A stretch of DNA of 63,079 bases, the filler included, from Reticulomyxa filosa (lineage: Eukaryota; Protista; Foraminifera): the NCBI GenBank assembly GCA_000512085.1. It is 18 parts of 18 records of this genome, joined end to end, with 100 filler letters (N's around TTAATTAATTAA, not from the genome) between each part and the next. Parts side by side here need not be neighbours in the genome. Positions count along the whole stretch, not along the records: positions 32,666 to 38,690 come from ASPP01010613.1; positions 38,791 to 43,112 come from ASPP01000787.1; positions 43,213 to 44,293 come from ASPP01006661.1; positions 44,394 to 45,949 come from ASPP01034841.1; positions 46,050 to 51,346 come from ASPP01007632.1; 13 more parts are not named here. One strand, written 5' to 3'. Numbering within the stretch: position 1 is the first letter of the stretch; each line of letters starts with the position of its first letter. Positions 35,394 to 50,271 of this stretch are shown here, piece by piece. The position numbers and the translations under genes are program-made. Under the pieces are notes generated by a model. It did not search any database and was not told where the DNA came from. It saw only the letters and a program-made list of their open reading frames with translations.

Positions 35394-38274
35394 ATGGAGG
35401 CACAATCAGTCTCACACGACAAGCTTGTGTCCCGTTTGCCAAGCAGTCAATGCCAATCTCCTCGTTCCGTTGACAACACAAACTCTTCTTGGCAGATTTA
35501 CTCCGAAAAGTTGACGAATGATGAGCATTGTAAAGTGTCTTTACTTTCACAAAGCAGCAATTCAGATAGATCATCAAATTTTAGTTCGGTCGAAAACCTT
35601 GCAAACGTGAGCGACATCGATCGGTTACAAAAGATGAAAGATGATTGCAAGGAAGTTGAAGTTACCTCTTGTGCTATCAGAGACATAGCATCAGAACCAT
35701 TGGATGTAGAATTGATAGCTGATATTTGTTCTGAAGTTACAAACACCTTACTTTTTTCACCAACTAAAAACCCACTATCATCCTGTTCGGAATTTGAAAA
35801 TAACGTTTCACGTTGTTTGGAGTTTGTTAACACCGAAAACGCCTCAAATAACATGTTGGCAAAACTTAAAAGAGATGAATCACTCCATTTGTCAACATTA
35901 AACATTGTCTCGCCAGCAGATATATTATCCTGCTTTTCAAATCTGACCGAAATCACAACCCAAATTACTACATGTAAAATATCAACGCACATCAAAAAAC
36001 TTTTGAGTAATTGATTTGGTTTGTTTGTTAAAGGTTTAAATGACACTAATCATTTGGTCCTGGACAACAATAAAACATTACAAAACCACAATTCCTCAAG
36101 TAATCTTATTTCTTTTTCAGACAAAGAATTGGATCTCAAACTTCAGGTTGGTTTAAAAAGAAAAAATAGAAACAAGTTTTTGACTGATCTTGTTGGGGCT
36201 TGTCTGAAAAGGTTTGCGAGCCAATATATCAAATGAAAGAAGCCCTCACACTCAAAAAGTGGTGGGATGACGAAAATGATAGGAATTTGAAAAAGCACAA
36301 TCAAAAACATGCAATTGAGTTGCTCACTCAAAAGCAAAAAATTATCATTCATGTATGGATGAAACGATTAAAACGACTTTTTTTCTTTGCCCCTTTCACG
36401 TACACTTTGCTTACGATATTTCTGTCTGTACTGGTCGTAAAAGGCTCGTAAAAACGAAAAAAAAGAATATTTGAAAGAAAATTTAAGATGTGAGCGACAA
36501 CAAAAAGCACTCCAATGTTTGAAAGAAGCACAACACTGTTGGCAAACAGCAAATTTTCCAGTTGAAAATAGAAAACGGAGAAGAAACGATACGTTGGAAT
36601 ATTGGCCTTCAATGATTCACCAATTAGTACTTTCAAGGAATAGTCAGATAAACCAAGATCAAAGGTTGCGTTTATGTAATATAGCTGAAGTTGCTGAAAT
36701 GCAAAGCACTCTAATAAAACAATGGCACAAAAATCAAACAAAAATCATTCCAAACAATGATCAGCAAAAAGCAAACCAAATAACGGCAATAGATATACTT
36801 AATAAGGAATTGATAAATCTCCATAAAGTACACAAACAGGATAACTTAACAGAAATCAGAAATAATCAAATTAAACAACTTACTCAGTTGCAAAAGCAAC
36901 GCCAAAAACAGCTCCAAGGTCCCTTAATTTTTTGTCTTTTCATCTTTTCGGGGCTTAGTACAAAAATTTTGTTTTAATTTTTTTCAAAAGATAATCACTT
37001 ATTGCTAGGTTCAAAAAACGTCCCATTACCAATTACTGCCGCGATACTTGACATATTAGACGCAACGCAAAACACAAAAGTTAGTAGTTTTCATTCTTTG
37101 CACGCAGTTTGTGAGCATGGACGTTTGGCAAACCGAAAGCGTGCACTACAGTTAATAATTGCAAGACATAAAGAATTGAATGACTCTTGCATTCGATTTC
37201 GCAAAAAACAAAGCAAAAAAATCTCTAATTTGGAGCTGATCAATCAAATTGTGGAATTAGAACGGTTGGAGAGGATTGAGCATGGTTTGATGTATTTTCA
37301 TGATATTGAAAAAAAGTGCCATAACTACCTTTCTATCGAAAAGAAAAAACAAAACAAAAAAAGCAAGACCTTGTTGGACGAAAGAGTATTAAACTTGTGG
37401 AAGGAAAGATATTGTCCAAAATCAAACAAAGGCGTAACAAATTTGATCGAGACCCAATCAAAATTACCTGGTATTTAATATGTGTGCTTTTTCTTTTTTG
37501 CAATATAAAAATACTCAACTGTGTTTTATCCAAGTACTTATGTGTAATTATTTTGAATAGGATCTAAGAAAACACCAATAGATTGGAAGTTTATTATCGA
37601 TGTACAAAATTTGAAAAAACGCAATCTGCTAAAAATAATGAAAGAATCCAAATTTTCTCAGCATTTAAAAAAGGAAAAGCTAAAAGAGAGTGTTAAAATT
37701 GTTCAGCAGCCTGAAAGAAAAGTTAGAAAAACGAGCCATTCAGAGTCAGCACCTTTAATCACTAAAACGCTGAAGCGGGGTCAAACAGACAAGAAGTTGG
37801 CAACTCCAAAAGTTTGTAGTCAGTTGTCCAAACTACACCTTTTTTTTTGATGCGTGCCGTATTTGTTATACTCAATTGACATAACATTAAAATCCTTGAC
37901 AGCACATCGTTCAACCAAAGACACTTAAACAACATGAAGATTCACAAAACAAAATTGCACAAGATGTCCAAATTCCGATGATCTTTGGACGACTTTACAG
38001 CGCTTCATTGAAGAGAAAGATAAGGGATGATACAAAAGAATGGATAAAAAATCAATCCAAGGAATGTACTTTTCAGCCAAAAATTTGTAGGTCTGCTAGA
38101 TCGAGCTACAGAAATCACGTACAAGCAATCAAACAACATGCGGAAACATTTAATCGATTGTATTTTGATGCTGAAAACCGCGTCAAAAAGCATAATATGT
38201 GGAAACAAATGGTCGATGCTTATCGACAACAATATTTGGAACAGACTTGTACATTTAAGCCACATGTTAATTAA
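35394..38274 (+). CDS. Large multi-exon hypothetical coiled-coil protein with C-terminal CTFxP repeats
   Basis: A series of co-oriented ORFs; ECTFQPKI and TCTFKPHVN with FxRLY motifs. Confidence 0.55.
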
Positions 38275-38790
38275 TATTTTAGAAAATTTTTTATTTTTTG
38301 ACGTTGTATTTACGAGCGGTTGTTGTTTTCACTCCAAAAATAGTTTCAAGTACTTCACTTTGTCTTGCATAAAACATTTCTCTTTTTCTTGCACACTGAC
38401 CACGAGTTGTTTTCATTATAAGAAATAGTGATACTTTGATTCACAAGAAAAAAAAAATTGACAATCATTTCAAACCTTTCCGAAAACGTTGTATTTTGCA
38501 AAAGATTTGTGTTTGAGTTAGTTGCTGACTTCGACATATGTCAAGATTTAAAATTTATATTCATTTTTTTTAAATAAACACTTAGCTCTTGAGTCATCAT
38601 TCATTACAGTAATACAATACTAAACATCATACAACCCAACCAAGTGGCGCTTTGGCAAAAAAAAGCAAGTAAGACAAAATCAAAAAGAAANNNNNNNNNN
38701 NNNNNNNNNNNNNNNNNNNNNNNNNNNNNNNNNNTTAATTAATTAANNNNNNNNNNNNNNNNNNNNNNNNNNNNNNNNNNNNNNNNNNNN

Positions 38791-39605
<815 letters not shown>

Positions 39606-39828
39606 TCATGCCTCAAAATAATATTTTTTTCTAATCTCATTGCTTTTAAAAATTAATAATAAAATTTAGGCCTAATTACCACATTAAAAGCTTTTTAAAA
39701 ACATAATAAAAAAACAGGCCACAAAATTAAAATTTTTAACTAGTTCCAGCAAAGGTTTTACAAACTTTTTTACGGGTAGCATTATTGAACTTTTCAGTAT
39801 TGAACACTAGGAAACAATAATTACTTCA

Positions 39829-40378
39829 ATGGCCTTCTACAGCCCCAACAATGAGTATTTGTTGCCTCGACCACAATTGGTGGGTCAATCCACTGAACCT
39901 TTTGTGAGAAACTTTGTGTATGGAAGCATTTATGGTGGAGTAATTTCTGCAATGTTCAGTTACGGAAAAAGAAAAAAAAAAAAAATGAAACAACAAACGA
40001 ATATGTATATTGATTTAATGTTAAAATATATAAAAATAATAATAGGCAATCCACTCCATAGAGCTTGTAAATTAACAGCATTTTGGGGAGTCGTATTCGC
40101 ATTTGGATATACACGCAGTTTGTATAATTCACCAGGATTTCTAAAAAGAACTGATGTTTTCAAACCTAATTGGACTAGAGAGTTTATTTTTTATTTTTAT
40201 TTATTTTTTGTATTATAAATTTATAATTCAAATTATAAACTATAAATTATACATTATACATTATATATTATACATTATACATTATACATTATATATACAA
40301 ACAAACATTAGTGATTGGGCAACTAAAGAACAAATTCAAAAATGGTATCCAAATCCTCAACTCGTTGAATATAGTTGA
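39829..40378 (+). CDS. Small hypothetical membrane protein (3 exons)
   Basis: ATG ORF with a GxxxG helix (YGSIYGGVISAMF), a second hydrophobic helix and GT-AG introns. Confidence 0.55.
40234..40297 (+). repeat. Intronic 7-mer tandem repeat (TATACAT)n
   Basis: About 9 imperfect units, directly visible. Confidence 0.8.
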
Positions 40379-40918
40379 ATTTTCATTTATTCCATTTTAT
40401 TCCTCATTCATCCAAACACCACGTTCTTTTGTTCTCCCCTTCTCTTTCTTTTTCTATTTTTACGCATTTTCATGTGCGTATTGAATTGATTATGTATTGG
40501 AAAGTTTTTTAACTTTTTTTTCTTTCCAATTCTCATTTCTCTTTTTGTTTGCTTGTTTTTGATTAATTTCCTTTTCATTTGGATATTAACCACAAACTAT
40601 GTTTCAACTCTGATCTTTTTTAATCCGGCTTATTTCACAAAACCTTTTTTGGGATGAAAAAATCGGTAACTTACATTACAAACACCAATATATTTTGTAG
40701 CAAAACATTTACAAATCCAATTAATTATTTAAAAAACGCAGTTAAAACATATATAACCACATGACAATAAAATGAAATACTTAGAAATCTTCAGTAAAAG
40801 AGATAATAAATTTTTTACAAGATTCCTCTCTTTGTCTCTGCAAGTTCTATTACTTGTTGTTTCTGAAAAAAGCAAAAGTTCACTATACGGCTGAATATAT
40901 TTCATAGTCGAAGCGAAA

Positions 40919-42565
40919 ATGGCAGAGTTATCATCCGACCAAACTCCTTATGTCCGTCAAGCAGAAGGGTCAGAATTCATGGAAGACCGACTGCTGCGAG
41001 AAGACCGTGAATCAAAGGAGGAAAAAAAAAAGTACGAAATTCGCACTTTAGTAGTATAACACCGAATATAAATTTTAAGCTGGATAATCTGAGCATGGAG
41101 TTGCTGGACTATAAATCAAACAACAAGCGAGACATTTACTTCACATGCATAGCCCCGTATGCTCCTGACTACATCGATTTGTATACAGACAAGCCATCCG
41201 ACTTATTGCTTAAGTATTGTTGCGGTCTGTACATGCCAATCGATCAATCCTTCACAGTCCATAACATGCTATCGAGTGAATTTTTGACCGCCATAAAACA
41301 ACAAGTGACGCATTTACAACACAAAAAAAAAACGGATGCAAATAAGTGCCGCGACCACAGCCATTCACCTCAATCGCGATCCAAACCATCAGACGAAAAA
41401 CAAACAGAATCGAATACATCCCCTTTATTAGCGAATAGCGAAGAAGAAGAAAAAAAAGAAAAAGACACAAAAGAAAAAACACGTGATAATGTAAAGGACA
41501 CAAACAAAGATGAAAAAATTGTCGATGAATGCGATTTGATTCCAATCAGCGAAATGTCGTCTGTGTTAAAAGTCAACCCCAAAGGTCAAAGAGTAGTTAT
41601 TTTTATTCCCGGATATGACTACACTAGTCCTACGAATGCCACCGAAGCCGCCCAAATGGTTCTAAATGATTCCATCCAATTTTATCAGTATATAGATCAA
41701 ATTGTCATCCCGTTTTTATGGCCAACCGAAGGTTTGTATTGTATCCTATAAAAATATATACGTATTATGTATATGTCTATGTGATACATGAGTGATAACG
41801 AATAGTTGAACAACAAATTTAGGTTATTTGATAAACAATGACGAAGATTACAAATCAAAGTTAGCAATACAAGTAGCTGGTCATTTATTGAGCCAATTCG
41901 TGCAACGATTACATTTGTATTTTGAGTTTATTGATTTTGTAGGGCACAGTGAAGGATGTTCCATTTTATGTGTCGCCTTGGAACAACTTATCAAAACCCA
42001 CAATGATATATGCAAAAATAAATCACATGTTGTATTTCTCGCCCCAAATATGCCCAAGCAAGAGTTTCTTCATCATGTCACTTTGCTGAAATCTCCCAAT
42101 GTCCGACGGCTAACTTTGTACATTAACACTTGGGATTGGTGGATGACTTGGTCCAAATGGTATCAATGGAGTGATGACAGGTTCGCTTTGCCTTTATAGC
42201 TTTCCAAAATATTTGTTTCTTTATTTTCAATTTTATTGTCCTTTTGTTTGATCTTGTTTGTTTATAATTATTATATTGATAGGGCCGGACATTCGCTTAT
42301 CACTGCACAAGGCTTAGATACAATTGATGTAACCGAAGTTACAGCAAGTTGGACAGGGTCAAATCACTATTACTTGACAGACGAAAATGTAATTCGAGAC
42401 GTTGCTGAGGCTTTGTCAGTTGATGGAGGAAAAGACTGTCCCAAACGAAGATATCTTAAGAAGGTTTATTCTGGTGTGGATGACCGTGTTGGTCATTATA
42501 TATTATGCACAACCCTTCAAAATAGCTCGGATGTTAATGAGTCTTTGGAAGTTGTGTCTCAGTGA
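40919..42565 (+). CDS. Alpha/beta hydrolase, DUF900-like (4 exons)
   Basis: VVIFIPGY, PFLWP, IDFVGHSEG (nucleophile elbow), VVFLAPN, LDTIDVTEV..NHYY..VIRDV. Confidence 0.75.
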
Positions 42566-43471
42566 TAATACTTGTTTTGGCATGGTTGTTGAACTGTTGT
42601 TTTTATTTTTAATACTTTTGGTTTTAACAGAAATTAAAAATTATTTTTTGCGATTTTGACAACTGGATATTTTCAAATAATTTTTGTTTTCGATCTGACG
42701 TAACAAAATTCACATCCATTTTTATTTTGGAAAAAGTTGTCGTTGGAAGGGCATTGGAGTTTGTTGCAATGAAATACTGAACATTTTCCAAGATTTAAAG
42801 TTATTTTTAAATATCAGTATTTGAAATTTATTAGTGAATTTGTGACCTTTCGACATTGGGCAAACTCTGCAAATGCAAATACAATCAAGATATGAATAAT
42901 GTTACATTCATTTGTGAAACTGAAGCAATAAACTGGAATAAAAGAATATGATTTTTCTCAAAGACTACGAATGATACAAGCATAATTTTTTATCTACGCG
43001 ACTTGGAAATTTCTAAAATGTAAACAAAAAAATTTGAAAATTTATTAATTTTAATAAAAGTGCAAATGATACGCATTATCGCAGAATTTTCAAAAATCAT
43101 TTGAAAGAATGTNNNNNNNNNNNNNNNNNNNNNNNNNNNNNNNNNNNNNNNNNNNNTTAATTAATTAANNNNNNNNNNNNNNNNNNNNNNNNNNNNNNNN
43201 NNNNNNNNNNNNGGCCGCCGAGCTAGGCGTCTGGAAGGATCCGCGCAGCCTGCACCGCTACCAGCACGTCAAGCCGGAGGCAATTCCCGGACGTCACATC
43301 GGGATGATTTTCGACATGGCCCGGCAGCCATTGGATGAAACGCCGCTTGTCGAGAATCCTCAGAGCCACAACGAAGCGAGTAAGAAGAATACAGCATGAC
43401 AATGCGACCACTCGATACTCAGCGACCCGGATTGCCCACCGGGGCATCCAACCATCAAGCAAAGGCTCTCC

Positions 43472-44290
43472 AGTGCTACTAGTCACCCACATGGCGGCGG
43501 TGGAGAAATCCCTGATCGCCATATCTCGAGTACCAGCTAACTCGGGCCATCCACTTCACAAGGGCACGCCACGAGAGACGTTTATCCGCAAATTCTTGCA
43601 AGAACACTTGCCCGCAAATCTTTCGATTGGGAGCGGCGAAATCATCGACTCTCAATCGAAAGCGGGAGATCCGAGAAATCAGTTCGATATTGTCATCTAT
43701 AAGAGCAACTACCCGAGATTGGATTTTGGTGGTGGCATAAACGCTTTTCTAATTGAATCTGTCGTCGCGACAATCGAAGTGAAGTCTACGCTTGATCAGA
43801 GTGACCTAGAGAAGGCCGCAAAGGCCGCTCACGCATGCAAGCGCCTAACCACAAACATAACGAGACCTCTGACCTCGGGATATATCCCGCCCAAGGCGCT
43901 GAACTACGTGGTTGCATATGATGGTCCAGCTACGATGAAAACTGTGGCCGGTTGGCTTCCGAAGATACACGCGAACCTCGGCATTCCGGTGCCCACGATG
44001 CCCCCCTATATATCCACTCGCCAGAGCATTCCTTCGCCGTCCTTGGACGGAGTGTTCGTGCTTGAGAAGGGCTTCCTTTACTTTGACAACGTGCCAATCG
44101 GCTTTAGCGATGACGACCTCAGGCAAAAGGAGCCAGACGCGAATTGGATTCTGGCGGATACTCCCCAAGGCGCACTAGGGAAGTGCTGTTTCTATTTATC
44201 CAAACGGCAGTTGCAAACGTTGATAGCGGCTATCTGAACCCCTCGCCGTATGTTGCTGGGCTGTCAGTAAATACGATCACCGTTGCTTAA
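43472..44290 (+). CDS. Bacterial DUF6602-like PD-(D/E)XK nuclease-fold protein (apparent frameshift ~44178)
   Basis: GTPRETFIRKFL..HLP..IGSGEIID..NQFDIVIY..IESVVATIEVKS; intronless mid-GC contig; a shifted frame continues ..VLFLFIQTAVAN..YLNPSPY..*. Confidence 0.75.
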
Positions 44291-46049
44291 ACTNNNNNNN
44301 NNNNNNNNNNNNNNNNNNNNNNNNNNNNNNNNNNNNNTTAATTAATTAANNNNNNNNNNNNNNNNNNNNNNNNNNNNNNNNNNNNNNNNNNNNTTTTTTA
44401 ATAAAATGTATGTATGCGTTTAAATAGGCATGCCCCCATCAAAAAAATTTTTTGTCCTCCTCCCCTCCTCGTGCAAAGAAAAAAAAGTATAGGAAATTGG
44501 AATTCGAGCTTATAGCTCGAAGGCAAAAGTATGTTTTTTTTTGTTTTTTTAAATGAAAACATTTAATTTGTTAATGTACAAATAGGAGTCGATAGCAAAA
44601 CAAGATTGGAAGTTTTTTTATTTTTATTGTCTATTTTTTTTTTTTTATTTCTATTTGAGTAAGGGGGAATGTGAAAAAGGGTTGCAAATGGATTGCAAAG
44701 GGATGGGAAAAAAGGGAAAATATTGGAAAAAAAAGGGAAAATAAATTTTAAAAAATTGAGAAAAATTTTATTTAAGAAAAATTAAAGAATAAGAAATTTG
44801 AAAATAAAAAGAATGAGAAAATAAAAATAAATTAAAAAAAAATTTGCAATTGGAAAAAATGAAAGAAAAAATTAAAAAGAGAAAAAATGAAAAAAAGTTT
44901 AAAAAAGATAGCAAAATAAAAGGGAAAAAGAGGGGGAAAATGAAAAAGAATGAAGAAAAAGAAGAAAAAAGAAAAGCGAAAACTAGTCGCTTATCGTGTA
45001 TGTGCGCATATGCGCAACTTTGAATGTTTTGGTGGTAGGAGCATTGATCAATGAAGACTCCTAATAATGAAAAAAAATAAGAATGGTGCCATCAATAGTC
45101 AATGGCAAATTCAAAAGTTAGATGAATTGGAATTATCGAGTTCGTTCGACAATGACAACGTGGATCTCATACAATGGCGACGATCGAAAGTGAATTGCTA
45201 GTTGGGAAAAATTGCAAAACAGTTGGCAAGATTCTACCAGTTCAATTTCGGATAGTTTAAATCTTGGTGCAGTCGGACTAAGAAAGCAAGCGCCAAGAAG
45301 AAAAAAGACTTAGTGATACAGCGCAAAGTGGACAGTATTGACATTGTGGTGTTGCAACATTGGTAGAAAAAAGTAGAAGGCCATGAGAAAGGAAGTGTTA
45401 ACCCGAACAATTGCAAAGAAGTTGTTTGCTATCAGCGTATGCGCGAATAAGTCTCCAGATAATTGTTGGCTTGGCACAGCACCAAAAAGGGCTTCGAACT
45501 TGTCTACAGGCGCCAGCGACGTGAAACTCGACTATTATGAAAATTGCGCAACTCGATCAACTAATTGCAACAATCGAACGCGTATACTGGAAACTCGTAT
45601 TTAAACTGGTTGTGTGCGTACGCACATTCGCAACTTTGTATATTGGATCGTGCGTATGTCAATGGGAGGAACCTTAACAACGAATGCGTCCAATAATGAA
45701 AAAAAACGTATAAAAATGGTACTATATCACTAATCAAATCGCAAATAGAAATATTGTGTATGCTGGAAATGTCTCGCAAAGTGTGTCTCTTATCAAAAGA
45801 GAGACGATTTTTTCAAGTGAGAAGTCTATCAGCTCTCGTGGAACAGTTCAACAAGATTTTTCCAGACAAGCCCCGGAAAGTTAGAGCTTGGTGCCAGACG
45901 ACGACAAGAAGAAAAAAGAATGACTTAACACTCGCAAAGTATAAAAGATNNNNNNNNNNNNNNNNNNNNNNNNNNNNNNNNNNNNNNNNNNNNTTAATTA
46001 ATTAANNNNNNNNNNNNNNNNNNNNNNNNNNNNNNNNNNNNNNNNNNNN

Positions 46050-47297
46050 GATTTACACCTCTTTTCCCCTCCACTCCTCTTTGTATTCTCCTTCCCTTCA
46101 ATTCTGTTTTTCCAAGTGTTATTAACTCCAATGGCCCAGACATCCGAGGCTTTCAATTCCCAGCCTTGGTGGACATTCCAGCGTTCTGGGGACAAATAAC
46201 AGAGGGTCCCGATTAACTCGTGACAGTCCATTTCGTCTTCCACTACCATTGCATTTGCAAAGTCGATCAGTTTCACCTGATAGTTTTCTTCATTTACAAC
46301 GACCACGTTTTGCGCCTTGATATCCCGATGTGCAATGTGTTGGTCGTGCATCACCACCAGTTGTTCCAACAGCTGTCCAATTACTTTTTTAGCCACTTTT
46401 TCTTCCAACTTTCGTCCATGTCTTATTTGACCTTTTTTTTTTTGTTTTGTTTGTTTTTTTTTTTAGACCAGTTCCAATTTCAAACAAACAAATGTATACA
46501 AACGTTCATAAAGAAAAAAAAAGCTTTTAAACTGAACAAATCACATGAAGCCAATTCCGTTAGTATATAATAGTATCTAGAGTCTGCAAACGTTCGTTCA
46601 ATTCTGTATTTTTTGTTTGTTTGTTTTTTGGAAAATTCGGTTGTATATAATTAAAAATATATGTCCCCCCTTTTGATACCCTTTTTTTTTTTTTTTTTTA
46701 ATAACTGTATAACGAGTTTTTGGTCTTTCAATAGCTCCAAAAATTTTGTCTCAGCGAAAAATAATGAATCTGAACACTTGTCATTACGCTTGTTTATTTG
46801 TTCATTTGTTTATTTTTTTAAAAAAAAAAATTGTGAACATTGTTTTTTTGTTCAATTTTTTTGTTGTTTTTTCCCTCTTTCGTCTGGGTCCATTTCGTTT
46901 TCCTACTCTTGCGCCTCTTCTTCCCTCTCCTTTTTTTTTTGCTCCTGTTCCAACACTTAACATCCAATCGTTTCAAGGCATATCTTTTGGAAGTGTGGGA
47001 ATCTTCCACTTCTAAGACATCTCCACTGATCCCGTCTCCCAATCGTTTGATAATGCGATAACCATCGCCTATGATTATATCCTCAAGTTTTTTCCCGCTT
47101 GACATATCGCTTGCCGAGGACAACATAAGCGATCCACTGTCTGTTCTTTGTGTCACTTCGCTCTCCTCTGTCGGTGTGCTCACTTTCGTGTCCAGTCTTT
47201 TGTGTCCCCGTTGTTGGACTGGGTTTTCTAGTTGCCCGATACTTATTGTTGGTTTTTTGTCAGCATGATCACAACCTGTGCAATTTGCATTTCCCAT
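46050..47297 (-). CDS. CAMK/CDPK-like Ser/Thr kinase with N-myristoylation motif (3'-partial)
   Basis: MGNANC start, LGDGISGDV, YALK, HRDIKAQN, DFA, GTLCYLSPE, DVWAIG. Confidence 0.88.
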
Positions 47298-47983
47298 TTT
47301 CAGATAATTTTACTCGAAGTAAAATGATTCAATGCACTTAATTAAAAAGATTTTGTATTGAAAAAGGGAGTCCAAAAGAGACACTTGCAGATATGTCTAT
47401 TAATATTACCACAAGACTCAGATAAATGCGTTTCAAGCCATTTTTTGACATTTGCTTAGACATTAGATAAAAAAACGAAAGGATATCTTTGTCACAGGCC
47501 GCAATGAATTAATTAAGAAAAAGAAAAACTGCAAAAAAAACAACCGTAAAATCGATCTCATTTTGAACAAGGATTTTATTAACTACGATAAAACTAAGCA
47601 AGGAGTTATTGCTTAATTGCAGAGTCTTTTGAGATAGCATGCCTTTATCCCATGCTTTGATAAAATTACGAATTGAATAATCTGACAAGCAAATTGTATA
47701 AATACGTTACATTAAAGCGAGTCAAAAAAATATACAAAACAAGCCAAAAACGTAAATTAACAATTATGTGGGAAAAAAATTAAAAAGTCGAACACAACAC
47801 AAACGATCATTTAAAATACTAAAAAAACAAACAAGATTGTGTATGTGCACAATTAATTTAGCGAAGCTACTTTCCGAATATGTAGCACAAACAATAAAAT
47901 AAATGCACTCATCGGTGCTTTTTAAAAAATCTGCATTACAACAGGTCTAAAATAAAAATAAAAACGAGTTATGTAACGTCATC

Positions 47984-50271
47984 TGGTTATATTATGAACT
48001 TGTTTCAAGCGATTATCTTATCAACCAACTCAGCTAAAAGCAAGGAATGGTGTCTAACCAAGTTTTCATAGCTGTTGCTGCGTTTAATATCTCGAATGTT
48101 TGTGGTAACAAATTTCCAAATGGATTCCTACAATTATAGTTTGTTTTAGTGTGTCCGTTTCTTCTACGAGTCAGTACGTGGTACCCCCTTTTAAAAAGTT
48201 TTCACACTGAACTTGGACTGCACAGATTTCCGGAACATGTCCGTATCTTTGGATACGGATCAACAAATCGCAAGCAGTTTGTGTTGTCAACTCTTGATGC
48301 ATTTTGTCGCAACATGCGACTAGCAAACTTTGAAGTTTGTAGTACTCCGCAAGTTGGAACAATTTAAAGGTACTATTTTCGTATATGTTGTTGGAGCATT
48401 GTCTGTGATGGTCCGTGTTTAAATTATCGGAGACGTCAATGTCAGCCACAAATTGATTTTTTTGATGTATATTCTCTTGATATTGTGGATCGCATCTGAT
48501 TACTTTGGCCTTGCGGATTAACGAGCACTGTTTTCCCTTGTCCTCGTCACCACTGTAGTTATCTTCGTTGGCTGCCGAAACTTTTTTGTCTTGTTCTGAT
48601 GTTCCGTTTTCTTTCACGTTGCGAATGTTCTGCAAGTGTCTAGACGTGTCCAAAACTTGTCTCTTGCTTAAATTTTGTTCCACTTGTGCGGACGCGGCAA
48701 TTCGACCACGAAAGTCATTTATATTCACATTTGATACCATCCAATCATTTTCGTCTTCAATTAATTTTTTTTCTTTCTCGTAACGATCATCGTTGCTATA
48801 ATCATTTTTTTCTAAATACCCTTCCTCATTGGAACCGGCCACTATAATACCTCTTTCATTGCATGCTCCACTATGCACATTTCCCCATCCACATTACAAA
48901 AACTTGTAATTAACAAAATAATAACAAAAAAATTGTCTCTTCTGCTTTTGTGTTCGTTTCAAGTTTTTAAGAATAAACTAAACTAAGTATCAGAGCTGGT
49001 GATGTGTGGAGTAAGCAAATTTGTTGTTGACATCCCCCCAATTGTGAATGTGGGGGAAGGACTTGGAGATATAACCCCAAACTCCGCAGAAGACAATTCG
49101 TCATCAAAATCCAAACTGCCCCTACACAATTCAATGGCCCTTTTCACTTCTGTAATATCAAAACAAGTGCAAGGGGAAAAAAAGCAATACTTGTCGTACT
49201 TGGAGAGGGAGGAAAAAAGAAGACATGTTCTTACCGACGCTTGGACAAGGGGGGATACGACAAGTGTATAAAAACTCTACCATTGCCAACACAGTTGACG
49301 GATTCCATTCGTGCATTCGGACTTCTTTGGTTGTGGTCTCAAGCATGTTGTGACTAAACATGGACCGGAATACTGGCGACGCGTGTGCCAAAACACACTT
49401 GTGGGCGGGGATTCGAAAGCTTTGACATATCTTTTGAAAGTATGAAACAATAGCAACAAGCGATAAATTAAATCAACAAAAATATTTGAATTTTTTTTTG
49501 GTTTGTTTTTAAAAGAATTATAACTAAAGTCACATCCGTATGTAAACGTTCTCTGTACATGTTTGTCATCAATGATGTGAGCACTGTTTCTGGACGAAGC
49601 AGCTGCCCTATGCTCAAAGGGCGAGAAGGGGGCATCACAATGGAATGGGAAGTGAACACCTCTACAGTCACTTGAAACTTGACCATGTTATCGACCATAA
49701 TGTGTTCCAAACTTTCTTGTTGACAAAAGTTCGGAAACCCCACTCCTAAATGAAAGTCATGTCGAATTGAAGATAGTCGTGTTATTTCTCCAGCCTTAAT
49801 TTTTTTTTAAAACAAAAAGTAATGTTTTTGAGTGTTTTTGGTGTTCTTATCGGATTTGGCTAACAAAAAATGCTATTTATTTCTTTTTATAACTTGAACA
49901 CGATATCTTGCAACAAACACATCTGGCTGGTCAGTAACAGTCAAGTAAAAGGCACAATATCCATCTTGAGAGTTTCTCCATCCACTGACACATAACTCCA
50001 GCTTGAATCGATGGCTTTGTTTCTCTACATTTGCTTCAATCACTCCACGCTTGTCACCTTTCGGAGCCAATTTTGCTATTTGCAACGATCGGCCGTCGAT
50101 TTGCCAATTGACAAAGTGAGTGATTGAATTTGTCTTTGTTTCCACACATAATTCTTCCTCCGTTTTTTGTAAGCCTTTCTCATTCTCCAAATTTCCTTTG
50201 TCGCTCGTTGGGCCTCTGTTTTCTGAAACTCCATTGTTTCGCTTTTTTTTTGTCCACCCCCATGCACACAT
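47984..50271 (-). CDS. MATH-like + BTB/POZ protein (SPOP-like cullin-3 adaptor), multi-exon
   Basis: FKLELCVSGW..AFYL, GFPNF, HTDVTLV, AHKCVLAHASPVFRSMFSHNMLE, MVEFLYT, LFQLAEYYKLQSL...C. Confidence 0.85.

Noticed and set aside
44394-45949. Purine-skewed tract, an 8-bp hairpin (44503-44521) and fragmented ORFs
   Set aside because: Possibly a decayed repeat, but I could not recognise a transposase or RT motif.
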